Shown: positions 1-10,700 of the stretch, piece by piece
Layout: each line of letters starts with the position of its first letter
How positions within the stretch are numbered: the stretch's first letter is position 1
Assembly (NCBI RefSeq): GCF_046119375.1
Contig: NW_027362769.1
Coordinates: 379,998,001 to 380,062,000, forward strand
DNA length: 64,000 bases
Reading direction: 5' to 3'
From: Phyllobates terribilis
Lineage: Eukaryota
Translations under genes and position numbers: made by a program
The notes under the pieces: generated by a model
What the model was told of the DNA's origin: nothing
Database searches by the model: none
Seen by the model: only the letters and a program-made list of their open reading frames with translations

Positions 1-1550
1 CCCTCACCGGAGGTCTCCTCTTCATTAATGGCCATTTGGTAAGAGGCTCGGAAATCTTCGGGGATCACAGTTTCGGACGTACAAGTGCTGAGGACTTCAA
101 TACTGTCCTCGCTGATGGTCCTCCGGCTGCCGGATTTCCGCCTGGACTGTGGGCTCGGATGAAGCCTCAGGCACGGCTGACTCTCCGAATGGACGAGGAG
201 CGTGGACTTCTCCGTCTGTAGAACCTCAATACTCTCTCCACTGCTCACACTCCCTTTGGTCTCCGCTTCCAGACCCTCTGTGTTGCTGGTCGCCTCATCC
301 TGGTCATCGTCAAAAGCCTCCTGCTCGATTTTAATAGGCACAGACTCCACACTGGACTTGTAGGATTCCATACTGACTGACGGCTTCATGTCTTCCGCCA
401 CTTTGACGGAGCTCGGCTGCTCCGAATATTGCCTGGCGATCGGTTTAAGATCCAAGGTGGAGACGTCCTCGAAGAGAAAGTTTGCAATGGCTTGCTGCCC
501 CAAGAGAGTCCTGTCCAGGTGGCTCATTATTAAGTAGCTGACATCACCCCGATAGCGCTTCTCGATGACCGTTAGGAGGTCCATCGTCTGGGTGAAGAAG
601 TAGACGTCCACCAACTCCTCCAAGGTCTTCAGCTTCTTATCGAAACACTTGGAAGACTTGGTTTTGATGAATTTGGGGATGTAGGATGAGCGAGGGGTGT
701 AGACCTCAGGGTCGTCGTCACCTTCGTGGTCGGAGGTGGTGACCGGGTCCGGCACGTACGGTTGGTAGTCCTCCCCCTTTAGGTGTCTGTACGGGTAGGA
801 CTGGATTTGTCTCAGGAGGTCCTGGTGCTCGATCATAGACTTCTCCACGTTGGCCAGCTCGTTGGCCTTCTCAATGGCCTGGGTGGTGTAGAAGCCCTGG
901 TGGTCTGTCTTCTCCTGCTCTTCCATCTCGTCCAGGAGGACGCTCCGGGTGTAGTCCAGGTCCTTCAGCTTCTTCTCCAGCTCATTGGCGAATGCTTTGC
1001 GGTTTCCAGTCTTGAGACATTCGGACGCCTTGGAGAAGTCGCCAGAGAGCTGCAGGAACTGTTCCATGATCTTGTCTTCGTCGGTGGAGATGTAGGCCAT
1101 GCAGAAGGGGCGCACGAAGCCTCGCGCCTCCAGGTCGTACAGCGTCAGGTGGTGCACGTAGGCGAACGCCCCTTCCTTGGAGTCGCCCAGCACCACCTTG
1201 GAGTCCTCCACAAAGTTCAGCTTGGGGTAGGATGACCCCGGGGGGTGACCCACGAAGGAGGCCTGGTAGTCCACCGACATGATGCGCAGGGAGAAGTAGT
1301 TGAGATCGAAGGCGCCGCGGACACGGGGGTCATCAGGGACGGTGAGAAGGGGCTGCGGCCCCACCTGCTCCGAGAACTCCGAGATCAGGATGAAGTCCCG
1401 GACGAATTTGGCCCCTGAAAGCCGGGACCAGGGGCTGCTCTCTGGAAACAGTGGCACAGAATACTCCTCCGGTAGCCCCGGGGAGCCCTGCAGGGGGGAC
1501 TCATACTCATCATCCCGGGTAAACGCCACCACATCCGGAGAGCCGATCAT
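1..1550 (-). CDS. SMCR8: SMCR8 (C9orf72-SMCR8 complex subunit), N-terminal part of the large first coding exon; continues beyond the left window edge
   Basis: ATG at 1550-1548 gives MIGSPDVVAFTRDDEY..., then FSLRIMSVDYQASFVGHPPGSSYPKLNFVEDSKVVLGDSKEGAFAYVHHLTLYDLEARGFVRPFCMAY, AIEKANELANVEKSIIEHQDLL and RRTISEDSIEVLSTC, matching vertebrate SMCR8 as recalled. Absent from the ORF track, probably because its stop is outside the window. Head-to-head with TOP3A as in human. Confidence 0.96.
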   Translation of the reverse strand, partial: MIGSPDVVAFTRDDEYESPLQGSPGLPEEYSVPLFPESSPWSRLSGAKFVRDFILISEFSEQVGPQPLLTVPDDPRVRGAFDLNYFSLRIMSVDYQASFVGHPPGSSYPKLNFVEDSKVVLGDSKEGAFAYVHHLTLYDLEARGFVRPFCMAYISTDEDKIMEQFLQLSGDFSKASECLKTGNRKAFANELEKKLKDLDYTRSVLLDEMEEQEKTDHQGFYTTQAIEKANELANVEKSMIEHQDLLRQIQSYPYRHLKGEDYQPYVPDPVTTSDHEGDDDPEVYTPRSSYIPKFIKTKSSKCFDKKLKTLEELVDVYFFTQTMDLLTVIEKRYRGDVSYLIMSHLDRTLLGQQAIANFLFEDVSTLDLKPIARQYSEQPSSVKVAEDMKPSVSMESYKSSVESVPIKIEQEAFDDDQDEATSNTEGLEAETKGSVSSGESIEVLQTEKSTLLVHSESQPCLRLHPSPQSRRKSGSRRTISEDSIEVLSTCTSETVIPEDFRASYQMAINEEETSGE

Positions 1551-1565
1551 CTTGTCACAAACACC

Positions 1566-1583
1566 TCACAGGGAGGACGCCAT
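1566..1583 (-). other. Short uORF (MASSL*) upstream of SMCR8, overlapping a YY1-type CAAGATGGCG motif
   Basis: Minus strand reads caagATGGCGTCCTCCCTGTGA in strong Kozak context, ending 15 nt before the SMCR8 ATG. Whether it is transcribed is unknown. Confidence 0.45.
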
Positions 1584-1714
1584 CTTGAAATGCGAACCAC
1601 ATGACATCCCAGTGACGTCACGGATTCCCGCTTAAGTAGCACAAGTCCGCAGTATATGGAAGAGAAACCCGGCAGCCAGGGAGTTACCGTCCTTCTTTCA
1701 CCATCACGGGAGAA

Positions 1715-2580
1715 ACACGAATGCCGGGAATTGTAGTTCTGACACGATCACATGATTAGTACGGAGACCGGAGAGGGTCAGAGGCAGGTCACATGATAAA
1801 CACGTGACGTCACTGCTGTACGAGTCAGGTCGGTCACTGTTAAATTAGGCGGCTGTATCCACAGCGGGTTAGTATCGTCCTTGTTAACCCCGACAAATGT
1901 ATTAAAATGAAAAACTAAAAAGGTAAAAAGAAAAATTAGTAGTAATGCATGTCGGGAATTGTAGTTCAAATCAGAGTCACATGACCATCTCGTAACGTCA
2001 CTCCCACAGGCGACTACTAGAGTTGATTGAAATTAGCATTAATGATACAAATTGCTTAGTGTTCTTCGTTAATAATCACGAAAATAACAGGAATATTTAG
2101 AAATAAAAAGAAAAACAACAACACTAATGCATGCCGGGATTTGTAGTTCAGATTTCCGGTCACATGACTAAATCGTGACGTCACTCTCACGGGTGATTTT
2201 TGGTTAAAACTCAAATAAGCATATCGGTTGCAATGTGCATAGTAATCTTCATCAATAACCCACAACAGAACGTAAGGATTGGAAAAATAAAAAATAACCG
2301 TGATGCATGCTGGGATTTATAGTTTAGAATGCAAGTCACATGACCAACTCGTCACGTCACTCCCGCAGGAGACCGTTCAGATAGTCACGAAGTAAGGTAG
2401 TAGGTCCCCCGCTGGTGATAATTATCATGGATAAGCCCTTCAAAGAATGAAACTAGAAAGGAAAAACGGAACAATTACAGTGAGGCATGCCGGGAATTGT
2501 AGTTTAGATTGATCACGTGAGCTCTGACATCGCCACTACGGAGAGAGAAGAGGGTCATTTTGCAGCAGCAAGTGAGTCCC
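1715..2580. promoter_or_regulatory. SMCR8/TOP3A bidirectional promoter built from five repeated modules (A-tract, ZNF143/THAP11-type SBS motif, E-box, CRE)
   Basis: (GC)ATGYYGGGAWTTRTAGT with GGG at 1726, 1954, 2136, 2312 and 2492. Most copies are followed by GTCACATGAC-like E-boxes and TGACGTCA-like CRE sites. Confidence 0.7.
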
Positions 2581-2816
2581 AGAGCGGGAAACGACATGAA
2601 GTGTAATTATTGGAGACCTCCTTATTAGTACGTAGTTGTTTATGAGAGATGATGCTGATTATTTGGCCTGTAGCCTCCTACTGTTCACAACAGCTGAGCG
2701 TTTGTTACAATGTGTCAGTCTAGGGGGATGAGGAATGGATATGTATGGCCTGGTGTATGGTGAATAGCTGTATGTAGTGCATTAGACCTATATTGTGTGA
2801 TCTGACAACCTATTAA

Positions 2817-3470
2817 CCCCTTCCCGGTATGGGACGTACATGTACGCCCTTTAGTTGTGGGTGTACAGTGATCAGAGCCAGCTCCGATCATGGCTGTTTA
2901 ACTATTTAGATGCCAATGGCAGTCCTCGAGAGCGGCCTTTAATAAGTTCTCTAGCGGGTGCGTTGTGATCGCAGTGTGCCAACTGGTTGCCATGGCAACT
3001 GGGAGTTTGCTGAAGGCCCCGTCACCACCATTTTTATTGTAATTTTTTTTTTTACTATATACCGTAGTATTTATTGCACTAAATATTACAATCGATCGCA
3101 GGTTCATATCCTATAAAGGGGAGTAAAGAAATAAATAGTGACCATAATAAAAATTAAAAAAAAAGTTTTTTGAAATATTGGAAAAAAATAAGTTTCACCC
3201 CCTTCCTTTCTCCCAATCCAAAAATAAAAAAACATTTAGAAAAGTCTGATCTGTAAAATTCTAAAAATAAATTAGCTGTAAAAAAAAAAAAAAAAAGAAA
3301 AAATCGAAACTCCTGAATTGCTGTTTGTTTGTTTTTTGTCAACTTGGAAAAATGGAATAAAAGGCGATTAAATCATCAAATGTATCACAAAATGGTTCCT
3401 ATAAAAAAAACTACCGCACGAGGCGGAGAATAACGAGACTCCATCTATGGAAAAATAAAAGTTACGGGTC
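2817..3470. mobile_element. Truncated non-autonomous TTAA-type (piggyBac-like) repeat
   Basis: Starts TTAA|CCCCTTCCCG. The A-rich interior resembles the element at 9734-13743. It ends abruptly against the piggyBac transposase fragment. Confidence 0.5.
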
Positions 3471-4605
3471 TCAGAAAACAACAACACCATCATTTTTTAT
3501 GACAACATTTTTGTTGGGCTTTCCTTGATATACTGTAAGTGTAAAATTGTCTTCATTTCTAAACACTTTAGTGTTGTACAATTCCTCTTTCATGGATTTT
3601 ATTTCTTTAGGCACTTCTCGCCTTATCTTGTTCAGTGTTCCCACGATGGTTGTTCCTTTGCTTTTTAGCTGTTTAGCTAATTTTACTGAAGTAAAATAAT
3701 TATCGGTTGTAACATTGCGACCTTTTTTCAAAAACGGGTCCAGTAACTTCATTACCACATGGTCAGCTAAACGGTCCTCAGCACGGCGTGTGTCATCTTT
3801 GCCAAGATAAGGGAAGCCATTTGCCAGATATTTGCTCCTCTTATCAACAGCTAGCCAATATTTGTGGCCATATTTATCTGGTTTGGAAGGCATGTACTGC
3901 GTGAATGGACACCTAGTTTTGCTTGGGAAAAGTTGCTCATCCACCGTTATGTATGGGCCAGGTTTGTAACACGCAATACAATTTTCAATAAACCTGTCCC
4001 ACACAGTAGAAAATAGAGCAAACTTGTCCGTTTGCAGTCTCTCCGATCGAGTAGATTTCTCATCAAATCTGAGAAACCTCATAATTTCAACAAAGCGGTC
4101 CCTAGACATTGTCGCTTTGCAAAACGGTATTCCCCAGTCATTACACCAAATACTGCTAATCGAGTGACGGTTCGTGCCAGATATTCCACGAGCATAGAAT
4201 ATCCTCATCAGATAGAGTTTGTTCAGCATTACACAGTAATACAAGCAGGTAAAACACAAGGAAAATGTGAAAAGTTGACATGTAAATTGAACTACATCTA
4301 TATGAACATCAGGGTAAATAAGACAGAGTGAAAAAATTATGCACAAAACTTTATAGCAACATTTAGTGACAAAAGGACCTCAAAATATAGTAGGGAGTCA
4401 AAATGACTCCCTTCAGTAGTTCTTGGTAAATTTTGAAAAAAACGCGCAAATTTTTCACCAAAATTATTTATTCTCACAAAATCTTTTTTCACATCATATT
4501 TGAGGAAAAGTCACCGAGTTTCAAGCCGGAATTCTGAAAAATGTAGTCACAGAAGAGAAATAAAAAACGAAAGGAGTCAAAATGACTCCATCAGTAGTTC
4601 TAGTG
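3471..4605 (-). mobile_element. piggyBac transposon remnant: 5' end plus internally and 3'-truncated transposase
   Basis: ORF 3471-4346 has MSRDRF..IMRFLRFD, ITVDEQLFP, YMPSKPDKYG and VTTDNYFTS (two of the three catalytic Asp; the third is lost). Terminus TAGTG|TTAA at 4601-4609. Palindrome GGAGTCAAAATGACTCC is repeated near 4394 and 4573. Confidence 0.88.
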
Positions 4606-4743
4606 TTAAGGATGGGGAGGGGAGAGCAGAGGCCGTGCATTCCTGTGAGGTCTGGGTGACTTTGTGACCAAGTCATGATTTGATTAGTATTACTTCTTTT
4701 ACAGGGATGTGTTGACCTCATCGGTTTTCTGTAGCGCTCAGAC

Positions 4744-4800
4744 ATGAAAGCCGCCGACTCCTCCCGTTATGATCCTCCAGAGAAGTATTTTAGTTTTTAG
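4744..4800 (+). other. uORF ([18 protein letters not shown]) overlapping the first TOP3A ATG out of frame
   Basis: ATG at 4744 (gacATGa) to TAG at 4798-4800; spans ATG 4769 and ends before ATG 4853. Confidence 0.6.
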
Positions 4801-7662
4801 CAGACCACTGACTCTTTTCAGCATTCGCTCGTGTTCTGTAAACTCCATCAACATGTCGCTGAGAATCCCTGTTCAGAAGGTCCTGTGCGTGGCCGAGAAG
4901 AATGACGCCGCCAAGGGGATTGCCGATCTTATGTCCAGCGGGAGAATGAGGAGGGTGAGGTCATGAAATGCAATTTCTTACTAAAAAGGGGACCGTAATG
5001 GGCACAGTCACATGTGCAAATATCACACGCATCTTCCTAAAAGATCCATTTCAGAAATCTGTGGCTCATGATCAATCACTGGTTTAAAGAAGATCTGTTT
5101 TCGCATCAGTCCTGATGTCTTTCATTGCGGCAGATGCTCATCTTCCTATATGCAAGAAGAATTCACAAATTTTCCATTTTATGCTATTGGGTTTACGAAA
5201 ATTTTACGTATTTGTGTGCATGGGATACAGTTTGTCACTGGAATTGATGCAGATTTTCCAGTGCTCTAAAATTTGTGTCAAATCTGATCCTCATCGCTGC
5301 CATCTTGGTTCTCCTGTGATGCTCAACCACTGGATGGGCTCCATGAGAGACCATGATTTCCCCCTTTAAAATCTGGATACAAAGCTAAGCAGAAATTAGG
5401 GGAGTTGAGTGACCATCTTTGTGGGAGCGATAATAAAAGATTTTCTCAGAAGTGAAAAAAAAAAAAAAATTAAATATATATAAAAAGAAAGCGCAGCAGC
5501 ACTCCATTATGGCCAAGATACCTAAAGACAATAAAAACATTGGATTTAAACTGTGTTATTACTCAGTGAGCTTTACTTACAAAAAATGAAGGTTCTTAGC
5601 GCATAAATTGGCCAATTCATGTGTGCCCATCAACCACTGCAAGGTGACCTCCCATCTGATGGGTACTACTCTGCCTACATGCCTCTCTTGGGCTACAAGC
5701 CTATAACTCTGGACAGAACATGTCACTTCTGGGCTGAAACACCTACAATTTAAATGGGCTGATGGAATAGAATATACATCACCTGCTGGTTAAATGGGGG
5801 GAGTGCAAGTTCAAACAGGAGGCGGTTACTACCTCCTATAGTAATATGTAAAAAGCTTTTTTTGTAAGTAAAGCTCACTGAGTAATAACAGTTTAAATCC
5901 AATGTTTTTATTGTCTTTAGGTATCTTTGCCATAATGGAGTGCTGCTGCGCTTTCTTTTTATATATCTTATGCAGTTTCTGCAGCTTGCACCTGTTCACA
6001 TTTAGGATGTGCTGGTCAGTTTTCTTTTTACATATACAGTACAGACCAAAAGTTTGGACACACCTTCTCATTTAAAGATTTTTCTGTATTTTCTTGACTA
6101 TGAAAATTGTACATTCACACTGAAGGCATCAAAACTATGAATTAACACATGTGGAATTATATACTTAACAAAAAGTGTGAAACAACTGAAAATATGTCTT
6201 ATATTCTAGGTTCTTTAAAGTAGCCACCTTTTGCTTTGATGACTGCTTTGCACACTCTTGGCATTCTCTTGATGAGCTTCAAGAGGTAGTCACCGGAAAT
6301 GGTCTTCCAACAATCTTGAAGGAGTTCCCAGAGATGCTTAGCACTTGTCGGCCCTTTTGCCTTCACTCTGCGGTCCAGCTCACCCCAAACCACCTCGATT
6401 GGGTTCAGGCCTGGTGACTGTGGAGGCCAGGTCATCTGGCGTAGCCCCCCATCACTCTCCTTCTTGGTCAAATAGCCCTTACACAGCCTGGAGGTGTGTT
6501 TGGGGTCATTGTCCTGTTGAAAAATAAATGATGGTCCAACTAAACGCAAACCGGATGGAATAGCATGCCGCTGCAAGATGCTGTGGTAGCCATGCTGGTT
6601 CAGTATGCCTTCAATTTTGAATAAATCCCCAACAGTGTCACCAGCAAAGCACCCCCACACCATCACACCTCCTCCTCTATGCTTCACGGTGGGAACCAGG
6701 CATGTAGAGTCCATCCGTTCACCTTTTCTGCGTCGCACAAAGACACAGTGGTTGGAACCAAAGATCTCAAATTTGGACTCATCAGACCAAAGCACAGATT
6801 TCCACTGGTCTAATGTCCATTCCTTGTGTTCTTTAGCCCAAACAAGTCTCTTCTGCTTGTTGCCTGTCCTTAGCAGTGGTTTCCTAGCAGCTATTTTACC
6901 ATGAAGGCCTGCTGCACAAAGTCTCCTCTTAACAGTTGTTGAAGAGATGTGTCTGCTGCTAGAACTCTGTGTGGCATTGACCTGGTCTCTAATCTGAGCT
7001 GCTGTTAACCTGCGATTTCTGAGGCTGGTGACTCGGGTAAACTTATCCTCAGAAGCAGAGGTGACTCTTGGTCTTCCTTTCCTGGGGCGGTCCTCATGTG
7101 AGCCAGTTTCTTTGTAGCGCTTGATGGTTTTTGCAACTGCACTTGGGGACACTTTCAAAGTTTTTACAATTTTTTGGACTGACTGACCTTCATTTCTTAA
7201 AGTAATGATGGCCACTCGTTTTTCTTTACTTAGGTACTTTTTTCTTGCCATAATACAAATTCTAACAGTCTATTCAGTAGGACTATCAGCTGTGTATCCA
7301 CCAAACTTCTGAACAACACAACTGATGGTCCCAACCCCATTTATAAGGCAAGAAATCCCACTTATTAAACCTGACAGGGCACACCTGTGAAGTGAAAACC
7401 ATTTCTGGTGACTACCTCTTGAAGCTCATCAAGAGAATGTCAAGAGTGTGCAAAGCAGTCATCAAAGCAAAAGGTGGCTACTTTGAAGAACCTAGAATAT
7501 AAGACATATTTTCAGTTGTTTCACACTTTTTTGTTAAGTATATAATTCCACATGTGTTAATTCATAGTTTTGATGCCTTCAGTGTGAATGTGCAATTTTC
7601 ATAGTCAAGAAAATACAGAAAAATGTTTAAATGAGAAGGTGTGTCCAAACTTTTGGTCTGTA

Positions 7663-7710
<48 letters not shown>

Positions 7711-10700
7711 CACATACATACTAGATGGTGGCCCGATTCTAACGCATCGGGTATTCTAGAATATGTATGCGGCCGACTGGGCGCAATCAGCAGAGCGGTG
7801 TTTAAATTTGGTGCCAATATCGCTGATTGGTCGCGGCCGGCGGTCGCGACCAATCAGCGAATCGTATTAGTGATGACCGGGGAGCGGCGCTGCCTGTTCG
7901 GGTACTTCTGCTGGGAGATGACCGGCTGCTCGCAGCAGAAGTACCCCGACCGGCGGCGCCGCTGACCTCCATGATGCTACCATCGGGAGATCAGCGGCTA
8001 GGGCCGCTGATCTCCCGACGGCAAGTGCAAAGGAAGGACCGTGGAGCGGCGTCGCCGGTCGGGATACTTCTGCTGCGAGCAGCCGGTCATCTCCCGGCTG
8101 CTCACAGCAGAAGTACCCGATGACCGGCTGCTCGCAGCAGAAGTATCCCGAACGGCGCCGCCGCTCCCCAGTCCTCCCCTCACACTTGCCGTCGGGAGAT
8201 CAGCGGCCCTAGCCGCTGATCTCCTGACGGTAGCCGCATGGAGGTCAGCAGCGCGACCAATCAGCGAATCGTATCAGTGAGGACCGGGGAGCTGTACTGC
8301 CTGTGTGGGTACTTCCGCTGCGAGCAACCGGGAGATGACCGGCTGCTCGCAGCAGAAGTATCCCGACCGGTGGCGCCGCTCCACGGTCTTCCCTTTGCAC
8401 TTGCCGTCGGGAGATCAGCGGCCCTAGCCGCTGATCTCCCGACGGTAGCATCATGGAGGTCAGCGGCGCCGCCGGTCGGGGTACTTCTCCTGCGAGCAGC
8501 CGGGAGATGACCGGCTGGCGCCGGTCATCTCCCGGCTGCATCGCCGCTGACATCCGTGCGGCAGATGAGCTGCTAACGGCCGCCATCTTTTTCTAAAATC
8601 CGGCGTCGCTGATTGGCCGCGGCCAGACCAATCAGCGACGCGGGATTTCCTGGACAGAAGGACAGACAGACGGGATAAGACGATTATATATATATTAGAT
8701 ATATATTAGGAAATGGATACGTTTTGGAGTGTTTTAAGTTCATTTTTTTTATACATCTACAGAGAGAAGGGTTTTCGAAGTTTAACAAGATCTATGAGTA
8801 CGAATATCATCTTTTTGGAAGGGTAAGTGATAAAAATGAGCGAGGGAAGAATATATGTATACAAGGATAGCTCATTGTTTGCATCCAGAAGCTGTTTCTA
8901 TTCACCGACAGCAGGCAAAGATTTTGATTTGCAATGCGCTTCTCAGTGATTTGCGCCATTGTACAGACACTCACCAACTATTCGGCCATGTGTGTTCTTG
9001 GTTTGGATCTTTATAAATCTTTACACCCGGTCATTTCTCCGCAGGACGTCTCCGTCATTATGACTTCAGTGTCCGGACATTTGCTGGCGCTCGATTTTCA
9101 GAGTCACCTGAAGTCCTGGTTGGTTTCTTCTTTTCATTTGAAAGACTTGAGAACTGATGGGAGAGAGATCTGCAATGTTAACGGTGTCGGTGAAGCTTGC
9201 CAGAGACATAAGATAATTCTAATAAAAAAAAAAAAACATAAATGTTTTATTTAAAGGGTTTATTCTCGTTTTCATAGTTGGCATTATTGGACAGAGCTTA
9301 TAAATACAAGTAATTTTGCAATTTACTGCTTGTTAAAATTTTCAGCTGTTCTTGAGATATTAACACTCTTCTTTTGTTTACAGCTCGTCAGTCTCCTAGG
9401 CAACAAGCAGTAAACACAAGAAAAGTGTGAATATCTCAAGAACGGCTGCAAATTTTAACAAGCAGTAAATTGCAAAAGTGATTGTTTTTGCAAACTCTGT
9501 CTGAAAATATCCATTTTTGAAGATGGCAATAACCCCTTTAAAAAGATGATCCACTAACTGCCCCATAAATTAGAAACTCGCCGCTCTATTGAAGTGTGAG
9601 CGCTGCATAGTAATGTCACTCGACTGTTCTCAGACCCGGCACTGAGATTACTGGGATGTGATTGTAAAGTATTTTTATGAGTTACAGTCACATTTAAGAA
9701 GGGGCTGTGCAGGTAGCTGGCAACCTTTTTTAACCGCTTCCCGACCGCCCACTGTAGATAAACGTCCGCGCTGCCTGGGCTCTGTGCAGCGTGGACGTTT
9801 AAAAACGGTGGGTGGTCTCGCAGTGCTCAGGACCCCCTGGGTCCTGCAAGCGCTGTGAGAGCGGTGCAGAGCGTTAGCTCTGACAGGTCCCAGTGATGTT
9901 AACCCTTTGCTGTCTTCTATATGCTGCGATCTATAGTGATCGCGGCATATAGGAGACAGCAGGAGGAGAGGGGGTTGTCCACTTACCTCTCTGACGACCC
10001 CTTGATTGCTTTCAGGACCTGGCGTTGCTATGGCAGCTGGAGGTCACATGACCGCCTCCAGCTCTGCCATATATGGTGTCCTTCTGTCTGGCTTCAGCCT
10101 GTAGCTGATGCCAGACAGGAGACTGTGAAACAGTCAGTGAAGATCTCATATAATGTAATATATGTCTATTACATTACATGAGATCAGGGATCAGAAAAAT
10201 AAAAATTAATGTCCCATACAGGGACTAAGTAAAAATGTAAAAAAAAAGTAAAAAAAAATGTTTTGAAACTGTTAAAAAAAAAAATACAAAATAAATAAAA
10301 ATAAATAAATAAAATATTAAACCGATAAATCCATATAGTTATGCAAAAATAAAAAAAGTACACATATTTGGTATTGCCGCGTCCGAAACAACCCGAGCTA
10401 TAAAACTGTCACACTAATTAACTCCTTATGTGTACACCATAATAAAAATAAATAAAAAACGGAGCAAAAAACTATGCTTTTTCCTCATATCGCCAAACAA
10501 AAAGTGGAAAAAAATGCGATCAAAAAGCAAAATGGAAATAGAAATGGTACCGCTGAAAACGTCATCTTGTTCCGCAAAAATCAAGCCGCTATACAGCTCC
10601 ATCAGCCAAAAAATAAAAAAGTTATACCTCTCAGAATAAAGCAATGCAAAAAAATATTTTTTCTATAAAATTGTTTTATTGTGTAAAAGCGCCAAAACAT

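Noticed and set aside
783-1635. Plus-strand ORFs of 150 and 111 aa
   Set aside because: Antisense shadows of the SMCR8 exon.
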